DNA of 64,000 bases from Nannocystis bainbridge (GTDB lineage Bacteria; Myxococcota_A; Polyangia; Nannocystales; Nannocystaceae). The DNA lies in the NCBI RefSeq assembly GCF_028368995.1, contig NZ_JAQNDL010000001.1:2880001-2944000 (forward strand). Reading direction: 5' to 3'. Position 1 is the stretch's first letter, and each line of letters begins with the position of its first letter. The notes under the pieces were generated by a model that was given only the letters and a program-made list of their open reading frames with translations, did no database searches and was not told the DNA's origin. Position numbers and translations under genes: made by a program. Positions 48,483-60,112 of this stretch are shown piece after piece.

Positions 48483-49349
48483 ATGCCCTCCGATCGGCTG
48501 TCACGGCTCCGCGCCCACCTCGCCTGCGAAGGCTCTCGCAACATCGTGGAGCGGCAGGGCTGCTTTCATCAGATCCTTCGGCTCTTCAACGAATGGCGGG
48601 CCGGGCCCGACCGGGACGAGGCGTTCGCGGAGGCCCGGCGCGAGCTGCATCGGTGGTCCCATCTCTTTCGCGAAGCGCACGCATTGGCCGGCGAGAGCCT
48701 CGTCTACGACGAGGCAGCCAGGAGCGTGCGTGACACGCTCGGATTGGTTCGTTCGCTGCGGGTGCGGCGATACGACGACGACGACAGCGCGCCGCCGCTG
48801 TCGGCGATTCTGCGCAGCCCGCACGCACGCGAGCTCTCGATGCTCCACGTCAGCGGCACGCCGATCTCGTTCGAAGAGCTGGCGCGTGGACCGGGTGCCG
48901 CGCAGCTCGGCGCGCTCGTCCTCAACGGCGCGGTCGCGGGCGATGCACCGTGGGAAGCGCTCGAGCGCTGGCCTGGCCTCGCCACGCTGCAGTTCCTCCA
49001 GATCGCTGGCGCTTCGGCCGAGAGCTGTTCGTCGGAGCGTCTGTGGGCGCTGCTCGAGCACGCGCCGGTGTTCGCCAGCCTCCACGTTCAGCCGCTCGAC
49101 TTCGATCGCTTCATGGACGGCGTCGACGCTCATCCTGCGGTCGCGCATCGGCTGGAGCAGCTCTCGCTCCGGCAATGTCAGCTCCGGGACGACCATCTCC
49201 CGCGGCTGATCGCCGCGACCGCGCTCGATCGCCTCGCTACGCTCGACCTGCGCCAGAACAGCCAGATCACTTGCGCTGGCCTGGCCGCGCTGCGAAGGGC
49301 GGCTCATTTCAGGCGCGGGACGATCCTCATCGATCGCGACTGCCCCTGA
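48483..49349 (+). CDS. Leucine-rich-repeat-like protein
   Basis: LSMLHVS, LGALVL, LQFLQI, LEQLSLRQCQL, LATLDLRQN repeats. Confidence 0.65.
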   Translation: MPSDRLSRLRAHLACEGSRNIVERQGCFHQILRLFNEWRAGPDRDEAFAEARRELHRWSHLFREAHALAGESLVYDEAARSVRDTLGLVRSLRVRRYDDDDSAPPLSAILRSPHARELSMLHVSGTPISFEELARGPGAAQLGALVLNGAVAGDAPWEALERWPGLATLQFLQIAGASAESCSSERLWALLEHAPVFASLHVQPLDFDRFMDGVDAHPAVAHRLEQLSLRQCQLRDDHLPRLIAATALDRLATLDLRQNSQITCAGLAALRRAAHFRRGTILIDRDCP

Positions 49350-49533
49350 CGCCCCGTCGCGGGTGCGCAGCCCCGCGAGCAGCCGCTCCCCGCAAGCGGG
49401 GAGCTGAGTCGCCGCGCCATCGGCTGGCCGTCGCGGAGGCGCAGCCCCGCGAGCGACGGCTCCCCGCGAACCGAGAGCACGGTGCCAGGCGCGGCCCGGC
49501 CGTGACTCGTGCTCTCGCTCGCTACCGACAACA

Positions 49534-51063
49534 TCACTGGAGCAGCGGCGGCGGCTTGACCGTCTTGGTGTCCGTCAGCGTCTTGAGGTACGCGACGATC
49601 GCGGCCTCCTCCGTGAGCGTCAGGCCGAGGTCGCCGATCACGAAGCCGATGGCGAGCGTGCCCTGCTCCTCCGGCTCGGGCCAGCATTTCGCCGCCAGCG
49701 CCTCCGCTTCGGTCCAGTCCGTCTTGGCCGGGTCGCACCGCGTGACCCCGAAGGCGGCCGCGGTGGTACCGTCGACGTCCGCGGTGTTGTAGAAGTGGAC
49801 GAGGCTCTCGAGGCTCTTGAACCATCCGTTGTGGGTGTAGGCCTTGACGAAGCTCTTGGACGGGCGCTTGTCGACGTTGCGCAGGGTCGGGGTCTTGTGC
49901 TGCCCGAGCCTCACGGTCGGATCGTCGTCCGGGTCGACGATCACCAGGGGGCGAGCGCCGAGGCCCGGGCTGCCGTCCGGGCCCGGGATCTTGGCATTGC
50001 GCGGCACGCCGATGTTGTGGAAGACGGCGTCGGTGTAGAGCTCGTCCGGATCGAGGCCGGCCCGGTTGGGATCGGGGAAGACGGCCAACGGCTCGTTGCT
50101 GTGACAGACCGCGCAGCCGGCCCTGCCGTAGAACAGCTCGTGCCCGAGGTTCTCCTGGGCCGTCAGGCCCTTGAGCGGGAACGCCACATTCACGCCTTCC
50201 AGCTTGACCTCGGCCGCGAGGGCCTTGTCCCGCTTCGAGCTGAACTGGTTGACCTCGTCCGAGGCTTGCCAGGCCGCGAGCGCCACCGCGATCCGCTTGA
50301 AGCTGAGCGCGAAGCCGGCGTTGGTGCAGTCGATCTTCTCGCCCCAGGCCACCCGGTACAGCAATGCGTACACCGACTTCGAGACGTGGGTGCACACCGC
50401 CTTCTGGCTGATGTTCTGCTCGAGCGGGTTCGGGAACGGCTGCAGCGCCTGATCGGCCACCGGACCCAGGAAGTCCGCGAACAGGTCCTCGAGGGGGGCG
50501 CTGTTCTTGAACACCTCGGCGCCGATATGGGTCGTCGCCCCGCCGAACAGCGGCCCCACGTTGCCCTCGGCGCGGCCGTCCCAGAAGAGGCCGCCGCAGG
50601 GCAAGGCGAGCGGACCACACCCGGGCTGCAGCGGGATGTTGCGCGCGTAGGCGTTGCTGGGCGGCCTGATGGTGCCCACCGCGCCCTTGGCCGCGCCCGG
50701 GGCCGCCACTTGCGCCTTGTTGATCTTGGTGTCGGGGAAGGTCCAGCCGGCGGCCGGGTCATGGCAGCTGATGCAGCCTTGCTTCTTCGCCGGCACCGAG
50801 ATCTTGTCGAAGAAGACGAACTTGCCGAGCTGCTTCAGGCTCAGCTCCCGCAAGTTCAAGGAGCGAGCGGTCGGGACCTCGCCGTCGAACAGCAGCTCGA
50901 GCGGCACCTCCGGCGTTTCGTCGGCCGCGAACTCGGCGCTGACGCCGGTTTCGGTGACGAGCTCCGGCTCGTCCTCCGGCTGGACGCTGTCACACTGTAA
51001 AAAACCTGCGAGCGGGCTCGCCAATAGCGAGCCGATCACGATCCCGTGCATATGAATGGACAT
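49534..51063 (-). CDS. Diheme cytochrome c peroxidase (bCcP/MauG superfamily)
   Basis: LGKFVFFD, CISCH, LFWDGRA, CAVCH, FHNIG, KTPTLRNV, YTHNG. Confidence 0.9.
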   Translation of the reverse strand: MSIHMHGIVIGSLLASPLAGFLQCDSVQPEDEPELVTETGVSAEFAADETPEVPLELLFDGEVPTARSLNLRELSLKQLGKFVFFDKISVPAKKQGCISCHDPAAGWTFPDTKINKAQVAAPGAAKGAVGTIRPPSNAYARNIPLQPGCGPLALPCGGLFWDGRAEGNVGPLFGGATTHIGAEVFKNSAPLEDLFADFLGPVADQALQPFPNPLEQNISQKAVCTHVSKSVYALLYRVAWGEKIDCTNAGFALSFKRIAVALAAWQASDEVNQFSSKRDKALAAEVKLEGVNVAFPLKGLTAQENLGHELFYGRAGCAVCHSNEPLAVFPDPNRAGLDPDELYTDAVFHNIGVPRNAKIPGPDGSPGLGARPLVIVDPDDDPTVRLGQHKTPTLRNVDKRPSKSFVKAYTHNGWFKSLESLVHFYNTADVDGTTAAAFGVTRCDPAKTDWTEAEALAAKCWPEPEEQGTLAIGFVIGDLGLTLTEEAAIVAYLKTLTDTKTVKPPPLLQ

Positions 51064-51720
51064 ACTCGGAACTACCCTCCGTACAACTCTGGCCCGATCT
51101 ACCGGCTACCCCGACGATGTGGGGAATCCACCTGCCTGGCAAGCCGTGGAGGTGCTGGCTATCACCCGTACAGCCACCCCCCGGCGGCAAGAATCGCCGC
51201 AGGACCTCGTTCGCTCCGCCCCATTGCCCGACCGATCGCGGCCGTCGCAAAACTGTGCGCCGACGCGGTCGCGTCCTGTCACGATCGCATGGGCAACGCG
51301 CTCTGCCAGGGCTCCGATCGCCGAATCGGCGTTCGTGCGGTCATGCGTGCGTCACAAGATCCGGAGCCGCATGGACACGACGCGAGCACCATCCGCTCGT
51401 AGCGTCCGACTCTCAATTGCGGATTGGGTATATCGCGACAACCACGCCGAGCGGCCAGGCACGATTGCCGGCAGCGCACGTGCGAGCCCTGGAGCAGCGG
51501 GCTGCGCTCGCTCGGGGCCGTGGATGGTCCGGGGCGGCGCCGCGCGGGCACTCGCACGCTGGCGCGCAGCGCCCACGCTCGCGCCGTGGTGCGTCCAGCC
51601 TCACTTCGGGCCGCGGCCAGAGCTCCACCGGTTCAGGGCGCTCTCGGTGGCGTGACCGACGTAAAAGACCCTGTCCGAACGGCGACGAGCTCGGGCGACC
51701 TTCGGCGTCGCGGCAGGGCG

Positions 51721-52959
51721 TCAGGAGGTGGGGCGACGTCGTTCCACGACCGCGCGGTACTCGGCGGTGAGGGTGGCCAGCTCGGCGGCCTTGTCATCGG
51801 CAGGGCGGGTGGATGTCGCTCGCTCGGCGTGATCCATCTGCCGGTTCGCGCGGATGATCGCGGTGGTGGCCGGGCGCCGGTCGTTCTCGTACCGCTCCAG
51901 AGCAGCGGGCACGTCGCCGCCGCGGGAGAGTTCGGCGGCGAGGGCGGTGGCGTCGAGAATGGCCTGAGAGGCGCCGTTGGCGCCGATCGGGTACATCAGG
52001 TGCGCGGCGTCGCCTAACAGGGTGACGCGGCCCTGACCCCAGCGGTCGAGCGGCTCGCGGTCGATCATGGGGTAGCGCAGGATCTGTGCGCTGCGCTCGA
52101 AGACGTCGCGCACGTCGAGCCATCCCAGGTCCCAGTGGGCCACGTGGGGCAGGATGTCGGCGAGCTGGCCGGGCACGTCCCAGCCCGCGCTGCTGACCGG
52201 CCCCGGCGTGCCGATGCGAGCGAGCAGGACCCAATTGAGCAGCGCCTCGCCACGCGCGGCGTGCCGGGCGGAGATCGGGTACGCGATCAGGCGCGTGGCC
52301 CGCTGGTCGTTGGCGAGGATCATCGAGTGGCCGTCGAGGAAACCGCCCATCTCGGTCAGGCCGCGCCACATGACCACCCCGGCTCCGTTGAGCGCTCCGT
52401 GTTCGGGGTGGAGGCAGCCACGCACGACCGAATGCAGCCCGTCGGCGCCGATCAGGGCGGCGGCCTCGAACGTGAAGTCGGCGCCGTGGACCCGGTCATG
52501 GACGTGCACGCGGACGCCGCCGCCGGTCTGCTGGAGGTCGTGCAGCCGCACCCCGGTGCGAATCGCGTGGTCGCCGAGCCGTTCGCGGACCGCGTTCAGC
52601 AGCAGCGTCTGCAGCTCGCCGCGATGGATGGAGTACTGCGGGCACGGATAGCCTGCAGCGATGCCGCGCGGCTCGGTCCACAGGGTGACGCCCGTGTGAT
52701 CGATGTAGCGGTGTTCGCGGGTGGGGATGCCGGTCGCCGCCATCGCGTCCCCCAGCCCGAGGGCGGTCAGCTCGGCGACCGCGGCCGGCTGGATGTTGAT
52801 CCCGACACCGAGCGGGCGGAGCTCGACGGCGGCCTCCAGGATGGTCGTGGTAATGCCGCGAGCGTGCAGGGCGAGGGCGGCGGTCAGCCCGCCGATCCCG
52901 GCCCCTGCGATCACGATGTCGGCGGTGGTGTCATTGCTCGTGGCGACGGACAGGGCCAT
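51721..52959 (-). CDS. phzS: FAD-dependent monooxygenase, PhzS-like
   Basis: GAGIGG, LRPLGVGINIQP, QYSIHRGELQ, GADG, GDAAHLMYPIGANGASQAILD; last gene of the phz operon. Confidence 0.85.
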   Translation of the reverse strand: MALSVATSNDTTADIVIAGAGIGGLTAALALHARGITTTILEAAVELRPLGVGINIQPAAVAELTALGLGDAMAATGIPTREHRYIDHTGVTLWTEPRGIAAGYPCPQYSIHRGELQTLLLNAVRERLGDHAIRTGVRLHDLQQTGGGVRVHVHDRVHGADFTFEAAALIGADGLHSVVRGCLHPEHGALNGAGVVMWRGLTEMGGFLDGHSMILANDQRATRLIAYPISARHAARGEALLNWVLLARIGTPGPVSSAGWDVPGQLADILPHVAHWDLGWLDVRDVFERSAQILRYPMIDREPLDRWGQGRVTLLGDAAHLMYPIGANGASQAILDATALAAELSRGGDVPAALERYENDRRPATTAIIRANRQMDHAERATSTRPADDKAAELATLTAEYRAVVERRRPTS

Positions 52960-52981
52960 GGGTCGTACTCCCGCGAATGGT

Positions 52982-53614
52982 TCAAGGCTGCAGCCGGGCG
53001 CTCTTCCAGCCCCCGGGCGCGAGGTCGAAGCGCAGCCGGCGATGCAGTCGGTTGGAGCTCGACGCCCAGAACTCGAGCGCGAGCGGCTGGAGGGCATAGA
53101 CCATGAAGCGCTCCGGGCAAGGCAGCGCGCCCAGATCCGCGAGCCGCTGCGCCTCGTCGAGCAGCGCCGCAGACGAGACCAGGGGCTCGCTCTGGCGCGA
53201 AGCCGTCGACATCGAGTGCAGCAGGACCGGGCGCCGGTTCCACTCCGTGACGGCGCGTTCCCGCGACAGCGCCACGACCTTGCCGCTCACCGAGAGCTGG
53301 CGGCTGAGCTCGCGCCAGTAGAAGTGGCCACACGCGAACGGGACCGCCGTGGCGTCCTCGATCTTGCGGCTGGTGGCATGGGTCGCGAAGACCACGCCGA
53401 CGTCGGCGAACTCGAGGATGGCCATCACGCGCGACGACATCAGCCCCGAGCCGTTCGCTGTGACGAGCACCATGGCGCGCGGCTCGCAGACCTCCGCCTC
53501 GATCGCCTCGCGCAGCCATCGCTGGCCGATCGCGATCGGGTCGTCCGGTGGGTCGTCGTACTCGGGAAAGGCGAGGTCCGCCTCGCCGGTCATGCTTTCG
53601 AGTGTGCTGCTCAT
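52982..53614 (-). CDS. phzG: FMN-dependent phenazine oxidase PhzG
   Basis: EPRAMVLVTA, SSRV, YWRELSRQ, EFW..RLHRR, RLQP. Confidence 0.88.
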   Translation of the reverse strand: MSSTLESMTGEADLAFPEYDDPPDDPIAIGQRWLREAIEAEVCEPRAMVLVTANGSGLMSSRVMAILEFADVGVVFATHATSRKIEDATAVPFACGHFYWRELSRQLSVSGKVVALSRERAVTEWNRRPVLLHSMSTASRQSEPLVSSAALLDEAQRLADLGALPCPERFMVYALQPLALEFWASSSNRLHRRLRFDLAPGGWKSARLQP

Positions 53615-53623
53615 GAGTGACTC

Positions 53624-54466
53624 TCAGATGAAGTAACTGCCGACGGCGATTTGATAGCCGTAGCCCCCCGCCTCGAGGCGCGGCCCGTCCCGCTCCGTGC
53701 GGGCGGTCGCGTCCATGCGCGATGCTCGGCCCATCTCCACGCCCTGGGTGATCCTGATCTTTTCGCCGAACGCCGCCCGACCGTGCCGCACCAAATGCAG
53801 CGCCAGCGGGCCAGCCGCCGAGCCTGTGGCGGCGTCCTCGTTCACGCCGTAAGCGGGCGAGAACATGCGCAGGCGCCAGCCGCCGGCGCCGTCCGGGCAA
53901 AAGCACAGGGCCGCCATGTCGAAGTGGCTCGCCAGCCGGTTGAGATCCGGCCGTACCTCGCCGAGCGCGGCGACGTCTCTCACCCCGACGAACACGTGCC
54001 GCGGCCCCACGTCATACATCTCGACCGGCGACGTGCTCGCTTCGAGGCCCAAAGCCGCAAGGAGCTCGGGCTCGCGTTCATACCGGGACACGACGGGGCT
54101 CGGCTGCTCCATCTGCACGTAGGCAGTGAACGGCCGCGCCTTGACGCGCTCGACGGCGAACCGAAACGTGCCCTTTCGCGTCTCGAATTGCATCTCGTTC
54201 AAGCCGCGATCTTCTGCCAGAGCCACGGCGGTGCCGAGCAGCGGATGGCCTGCGAAGCCCAGCTCGTTGACGGGCGTGAAGATCCGGACCTCGAACGTCC
54301 CGCCCTTCCGCGGCGCACGGACGAAGGTCGTCTCGGAGAGATGGAGCTCGGCGGCCAGGCTCTGCATGTCCCCGTCGTCCAGATCGTCGCAGGCGAAGAA
54401 CACCGCGACGGGGTTGCCGGTGAAGCGCTCCTGGCCGAAGGCGTTGACTACGGTGTATCTGTGCAT
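53624..54466 (-). CDS. phzF: Phenazine biosynthesis isomerase PhzF
   Basis: GNPVAV, LSETTF, RIFTPVNELGFAGHPLLG, EDAATGSAAG. Confidence 0.92.
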   Translation of the reverse strand: MHRYTVVNAFGQERFTGNPVAVFFACDDLDDGDMQSLAAELHLSETTFVRAPRKGGTFEVRIFTPVNELGFAGHPLLGTAVALAEDRGLNEMQFETRKGTFRFAVERVKARPFTAYVQMEQPSPVVSRYEREPELLAALGLEASTSPVEMYDVGPRHVFVGVRDVAALGEVRPDLNRLASHFDMAALCFCPDGAGGWRLRMFSPAYGVNEDAATGSAAGPLALHLVRHGRAAFGEKIRITQGVEMGRASRMDATARTERDGPRLEAGGYGYQIAVGSYFI

Positions 54467-54750
54467 CTTGCTCTCTCCACCAATTCGAAAACGATTCGGT
54501 GGTCGGGCGGCCTGCCGATGAGCTCGGCGGAGACGTTGCGCGGCAGGCTCGCCCGGTCCGGCTTCTCGCCGTGCCACAGCATCAGGGCCCCCCAGCGGCG
54601 CGTCTCCTCGGAGACGAGCCAGAGCTTCGTCGTAAGGTTCGGGACGCGCTCCCATTCGGCGAACGCCTGCTGAATCACCGGGCTCGCCGCCAATGCGTCG
54701 GGATCGGGATCGCCGGCGCCGAGGTCCCACCACGCCAATTCAATCCGCAT
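54448..54750 (-). CDS. Small YdhR-like/PhzX-like protein
   Basis: 100 aa; WERVPNLTTKLW..RWGALMLW; overlaps both phzE and phzF. Confidence 0.65.
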   Translation of the reverse strand: MRIELAWWDLGAGDPDPDALAASPVIQQAFAEWERVPNLTTKLWLVSEETRRWGALMLWHGEKPDRASLPRNVSAELIGRPPDHRIVFELVERARCTDTP

Positions 54751-56614
54751 ACCCCAGGCCTCCGACCGAGAACACCGCGTCGCGCAAGATCCGGGGCCCG
54801 TCCTTCGTCAGCACCGACTCGGGGTGGAACTGCATGGAGCAGAAGCTCGGCCCCTTCAGCCCATGCACCTGATTCGACACGGGGTCGCGATAGACGTTCA
54901 CCGCGCCCCACGGGCTGTCGAAGCGGTCGGCCGCGGAGATGGCCGCGAAGGTGTTGTAGAAGCCGGCCGTCTCCAGCTTGCCGAAGATCGAGATCCGCTT
55001 CTGGAGGCCCTGGTTCGGCGCGGGGAGCCGCTGGATCGGCAGCCCCAGCAACGAGCTCAGCATCTGGTGCCCGAGGCAGATCGCGAGGAACGGCCGGGCC
55101 GCCTCCATCGCGGCCAGCATCAAGCGCCGGCTGGCCGCGACCCGCGGGTCCGTCAGCTTGCACGGGTCGCCGGGGCCCGGCCCGACGACCAGCAGCTCGG
55201 AGTCGCGGACCTCGCCGATGGTGGCGTACGACTCGACCCTCACGTCCAGGCCGAGCTCGCGCAGCAGATACTGCAGCATCGAGGTGAACGCGTCCTCGTT
55301 GTCGAGGATGGCGATGGCGGTCGCCTCGCCGCGACGCGAGACCGGCCGACGGGCGCATGCTTGCTCGCCGAGCCAGAAGCTCGAGAGGCGCCCGCTCCAC
55401 CTGCCGAGCGACTGCGCGACCGCGTCCTTCTTCGTCAGGTCGGCGAGCGAGCCGCCGCCGATGGCATTTTGCAGCGCGGCCGCTTTGGCCGCGGTCTCTT
55501 TCGTCTCGGACTGCGGGTCCGACTCGCGGACCAGGGTCGCGCCGACGCCGATCGCCAGCTTGCCGTCGTTCTCGATCTCGGCCGTGCGGATCAGGATCGC
55601 CGAGTCGAGCCGCGGGCCTGCCTCGTCCTCCTCGACGATAGCCGCGAGCCCGCTGTAGTACGAGCGCCCGCAGGTCTCGTAGCGGGCGATCACGCGGGTC
55701 GCGTTCTCCAGCGGGCTGCCGACGACGGTCGGCGCGAACATCGAGCGCTTCAGGATCTCGGCCACGGGCAGCTCGGTGGTGCCTTCGATGCGATAGCCGA
55801 CGTGAGCCAGTCGCGACATCTGGATCAGGTAGGGCCCGTACGCGCGGACGTCCGCGCTGCAGATGTCGGTCATCATCTTCAGCTCTTCGTCGAGGACCAT
55901 CGACAGCTCGTCCTCCTCCTTCCCGTTCTGCAGGAACTCGAGCACGCCCTCCTGCGTCGGGCCGAGCGCGGGGAACCTGTAGGTGCCGCTGATCGGGGTC
56001 ATGGTGACGTTCTTCGCCTGGAGCTTGATGTGCAGCTCGGGCGAGGCGCCGACGAACGTGATGCCGCGCATGCGGATGAAGAACGTCCAGTACGCGCCGC
56101 GCTCCTGGCGGAGGAGGTTGCGGAAGATCATCAGCCCGACGCGGTCGTCGTAGGCGTCGAGGCCGCCGACGAGCGTGCGCTTGATGACGAAGTTCGACCC
56201 TTCGCCGGTGCCGATCTCCTGGCGGATGACGCGGTCGACGATGTCCGCGTAGGCGGCGTCGTCCGGCGTGAATGCGCAGTCGCGCAGATGGACCTGAGCC
56301 TCGGGCAGCGCCGCCAGTGCCGCCTCGAGCGGCAGGGTCTGATACTCGTCGACGCAGAGCGCCAGCGTCGGCTTGTGGTCGTCCTTGACCGTGAAGCCGC
56401 GCTCGGCGATCTGGCGGTAGGGCGCGACGACGAGCGTCCCCCAGCGGCCCTTCGCGCGCTGTTCGGCCTGGATCTGGCTCAGGTCGTCGAACGCGGCCAG
56501 GATGCGCTCGGTCCCCGCCATCACCTCGATCGTCGGCGCGCCGAACCGGTCGGGGCGAAAGACCAGCGCGTAAGCGTCGAGTTGCCCCGCGAGGGCTCGT
56601 TGCAGGATCGTCAT
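54740..56614 (-). CDS. phzE: 2-amino-2-deoxyisochorismate synthase PhzE
   Basis: GEGSNFVIKR, GASPELH, PISGTYR, ELSMVLDEELKMM, plus a fused GATase (GPGPGDP, ICLGHQ, QFHPES). Confidence 0.92.
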   Translation of the reverse strand: MTILQRALAGQLDAYALVFRPDRFGAPTIEVMAGTERILAAFDDLSQIQAEQRAKGRWGTLVVAPYRQIAERGFTVKDDHKPTLALCVDEYQTLPLEAALAALPEAQVHLRDCAFTPDDAAYADIVDRVIRQEIGTGEGSNFVIKRTLVGGLDAYDDRVGLMIFRNLLRQERGAYWTFFIRMRGITFVGASPELHIKLQAKNVTMTPISGTYRFPALGPTQEGVLEFLQNGKEEDELSMVLDEELKMMTDICSADVRAYGPYLIQMSRLAHVGYRIEGTTELPVAEILKRSMFAPTVVGSPLENATRVIARYETCGRSYYSGLAAIVEEDEAGPRLDSAILIRTAEIENDGKLAIGVGATLVRESDPQSETKETAAKAAALQNAIGGGSLADLTKKDAVAQSLGRWSGRLSSFWLGEQACARRPVSRRGEATAIAILDNEDAFTSMLQYLLRELGLDVRVESYATIGEVRDSELLVVGPGPGDPCKLTDPRVAASRRLMLAAMEAARPFLAICLGHQMLSSLLGLPIQRLPAPNQGLQKRISIFGKLETAGFYNTFAAISAADRFDSPWGAVNVYRDPVSNQVHGLKGPSFCSMQFHPESVLTKDGPRILRDAVFSVGGLGYAD

Positions 56615-57243
56615 TGTTTGCACACCTCGCTCACGGGCAGGACCTTCGCGCAGCATTCAGCCGCGTAGCTCAACGCTTGCGCGTGCTTCTGCTTCGAGAA
56701 GTCGGCGATCGCGTCCTGGACCAGGAAGACCTGGATGTCGCGCGAGTAGGCGTCGATGGCGCTGGCCAGCACGCCGATGTGGGCGTAGACGCCGCAGATG
56801 ATGATCTGGTCGCGGGCGTGCTCGCGGAACCCCTCGTCGAGCGCCGTGGCGTAGAACGCACTGTATCGCCACTTCGCCAGCACCGGGTCCTGGGGCCGCG
56901 GCGCAATCTCCTCGGGGATCGCGGTGTGGGTGGCCGCGCTGCTCATCCCCTTGCCCCAGATGTCGTAGAGGAGGCCGCGCTCCTTCGGCGACATGTCGCC
57001 GCGCTGCGCCGTGTAGAAGATCGGGACGTCGTGCGCGCGAGCGTGCTCGACGAGCTTCCTGCAGCCCTCGACCAGGCTCCGGCGCACCGCCGGCGGCAGC
57101 AGGTCGAGGAAGTAATTTTGCATGTCGTGGACGAGCAGGAGGCTGCGGCGGTCGTCCTGGGCCCACGCGACGATGTTCGCGGCGCTGAGCTCGGGCGCGT
57201 GCAGCTCGTAGTCCTCGATGCGAGGGAAGACCATGTCGTTCAT
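56611..57243 (-). CDS. phzD: Isochorismatase PhzD
   Basis: LLVHDMQNYF, KWRYSAF, CGVYAHIG, DAIADFS; ATGA overlaps on both sides. Confidence 0.9.
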   Translation of the reverse strand: MNDMVFPRIEDYELHAPELSAANIVAWAQDDRRSLLLVHDMQNYFLDLLPPAVRRSLVEGCRKLVEHARAHDVPIFYTAQRGDMSPKERGLLYDIWGKGMSSAATHTAIPEEIAPRPQDPVLAKWRYSAFYATALDEGFREHARDQIIICGVYAHIGVLASAIDAYSRDIQVFLVQDAIADFSKQKHAQALSYAAECCAKVLPVSEVCKQ

Positions 57244-57707
57244 AGCGGGAGCCCCTTGCGGACGATCTGCGGGACCGGGAGGCCCAGCGCCTTGAACTGC
57301 TGGACCGGGTTCATGAACTCGCGCTGGAGCGCGATCTTGCCGGCCTCGAACCTGAAGTAGTGAATGAAGTGGTTCTCGTAGTGGCCCTCGGGGTAGCCGT
57401 CGAAGCGGATGGCGCCCCTGCCGTCGCACTCGACCCAGAACACGTTCGGGTCCTGGGTGTCGAAGATCGTGACGTCGTACCACTGCCAGTCCGGGAAGCA
57501 CTTCAGCGACCACACGGCGTGCGCGGCGAGGCGGTCCTTGCCGCGGATCATGATCGGCTCGCCGGTATCGCTGGTCCACAGGCCGCCGCAGCCGTCCGCG
57601 GTGAACAGCTCGTGGCGCTGCAGGCGGGCCTGCCCGCGGGTCTCCATGTACTGCCGCACGATCTGGCGATTGGACTGGCGCACTTCGGTGTCGGACATGG
57701 TGCTCAT
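57240..57707 (-). CDS. phzB: Phenazine biosynthesis protein PhzA/B
   Basis: RHELFT, GGLWTSDTG, WSLKCFPDWQW, WVECDG, YENHFIH, REFMNP. Confidence 0.93.
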   Translation of the reverse strand: MSTMSDTEVRQSNRQIVRQYMETRGQARLQRHELFTADGCGGLWTSDTGEPIMIRGKDRLAAHAVWSLKCFPDWQWYDVTIFDTQDPNVFWVECDGRGAIRFDGYPEGHYENHFIHYFRFEAGKIALQREFMNPVQQFKALGLPVPQIVRKGLPL

Positions 57708-57937
57708 TGGGCAATTCCTTTCGAGAGGCGCTCGTGAATTTCATTCACGAGAGGAACTGGGCGCTGGCCCTCGACGCGTAGCATGACGCGGGTCCGGCAG
57801 CGCGACAGCCGGCGAGCTCCGGCGGGTGATGCTATCCACACGAGGTAACGGCGCTGAAATCAGTCCTATGATTCGCGGACGGCGGCGCCGTCACGGGCAA
57901 TGCACCGACGACGCCGATGCATCGTGCCGCCAGCGCC

Positions 57938-59317
<1,380 letters not shown>

Positions 59318-60112
59318 TGAGATCACGGGAAACTCCTAGCAGGCCCGACCAGGGTAGCGCCCCATCGCCGTCTCGCCTCGGCGTTACAGGCGCGTGCGGA
59401 TGACGGGCGGCCGTCGTCACAGTCCTCGGGCACACGCGCCCCCCGGCGCTCAACGGTCATATGTCCTCTGGAACACGTACCTTCGGACACCACGGCCTTC
59501 GACTTCGGCGCCTGCTGCGAGACCGAGGATGCGTCGTCGTCGGCGATCGGGACGGCGAAGTCACGGTCGGGCGTCGATGTGGGAGCGCGAGGAGTACCTC
59601 CATTCCGGGCGCGAGTGCGCTGCGGCGGAGTGTGTGACGGGGTGACTGTTAAAAATCCTCCGGTCCACCTTTGGCCACTCGGAGCCGGGCGGCGCAGGCG
59701 ATCACGCATCGGGCCCGAACGAGTCGGCGCCACGACTGCGCAGCGCGCCGTGCGGAGCGACCAGCGCATCGCTTCGAAACGCCGCGCAGCGGCACGAGCG
59801 GCGGGCCGGCCCACGCGCAGCGCGATCAGCGGCCCGGTGAACGGCGAGGCTTCATCGTCTCTGCCGCGGTCCAGTTTCGCCGCGTATGGAGAGAGGATCA
59901 TGGCATTGGTGTGGGCGCATTCACGGGCTCGAAATGGCACGTCCTGATGATGCCTGTCCTTGGGGACATCCCGCATGATCTGCAAAAATGACGCGCCGTG
60001 CCGGCTCTCACCGGCGGCTGGCGCGTCCGTTGCCCGCAAAAGCGGGGGTGCTACCTCTGAACGTGATCGTTTTTGCAGCTCGGCGCGGATCGGCGTCGGG
60101 CCCCAAGGCAGC

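Noticed and set aside
51064-51720. ORFs or ncRNA between the peroxidase gene and phzS
   Set aside because: No motif, codon bias or clear structure; treated as intergenic.
54740-56614. Tryptophan anthranilate synthase TrpE(G)
   Set aside because: Its context among phzB/D/F/G and PhzE-type motifs indicate ADIC synthase.
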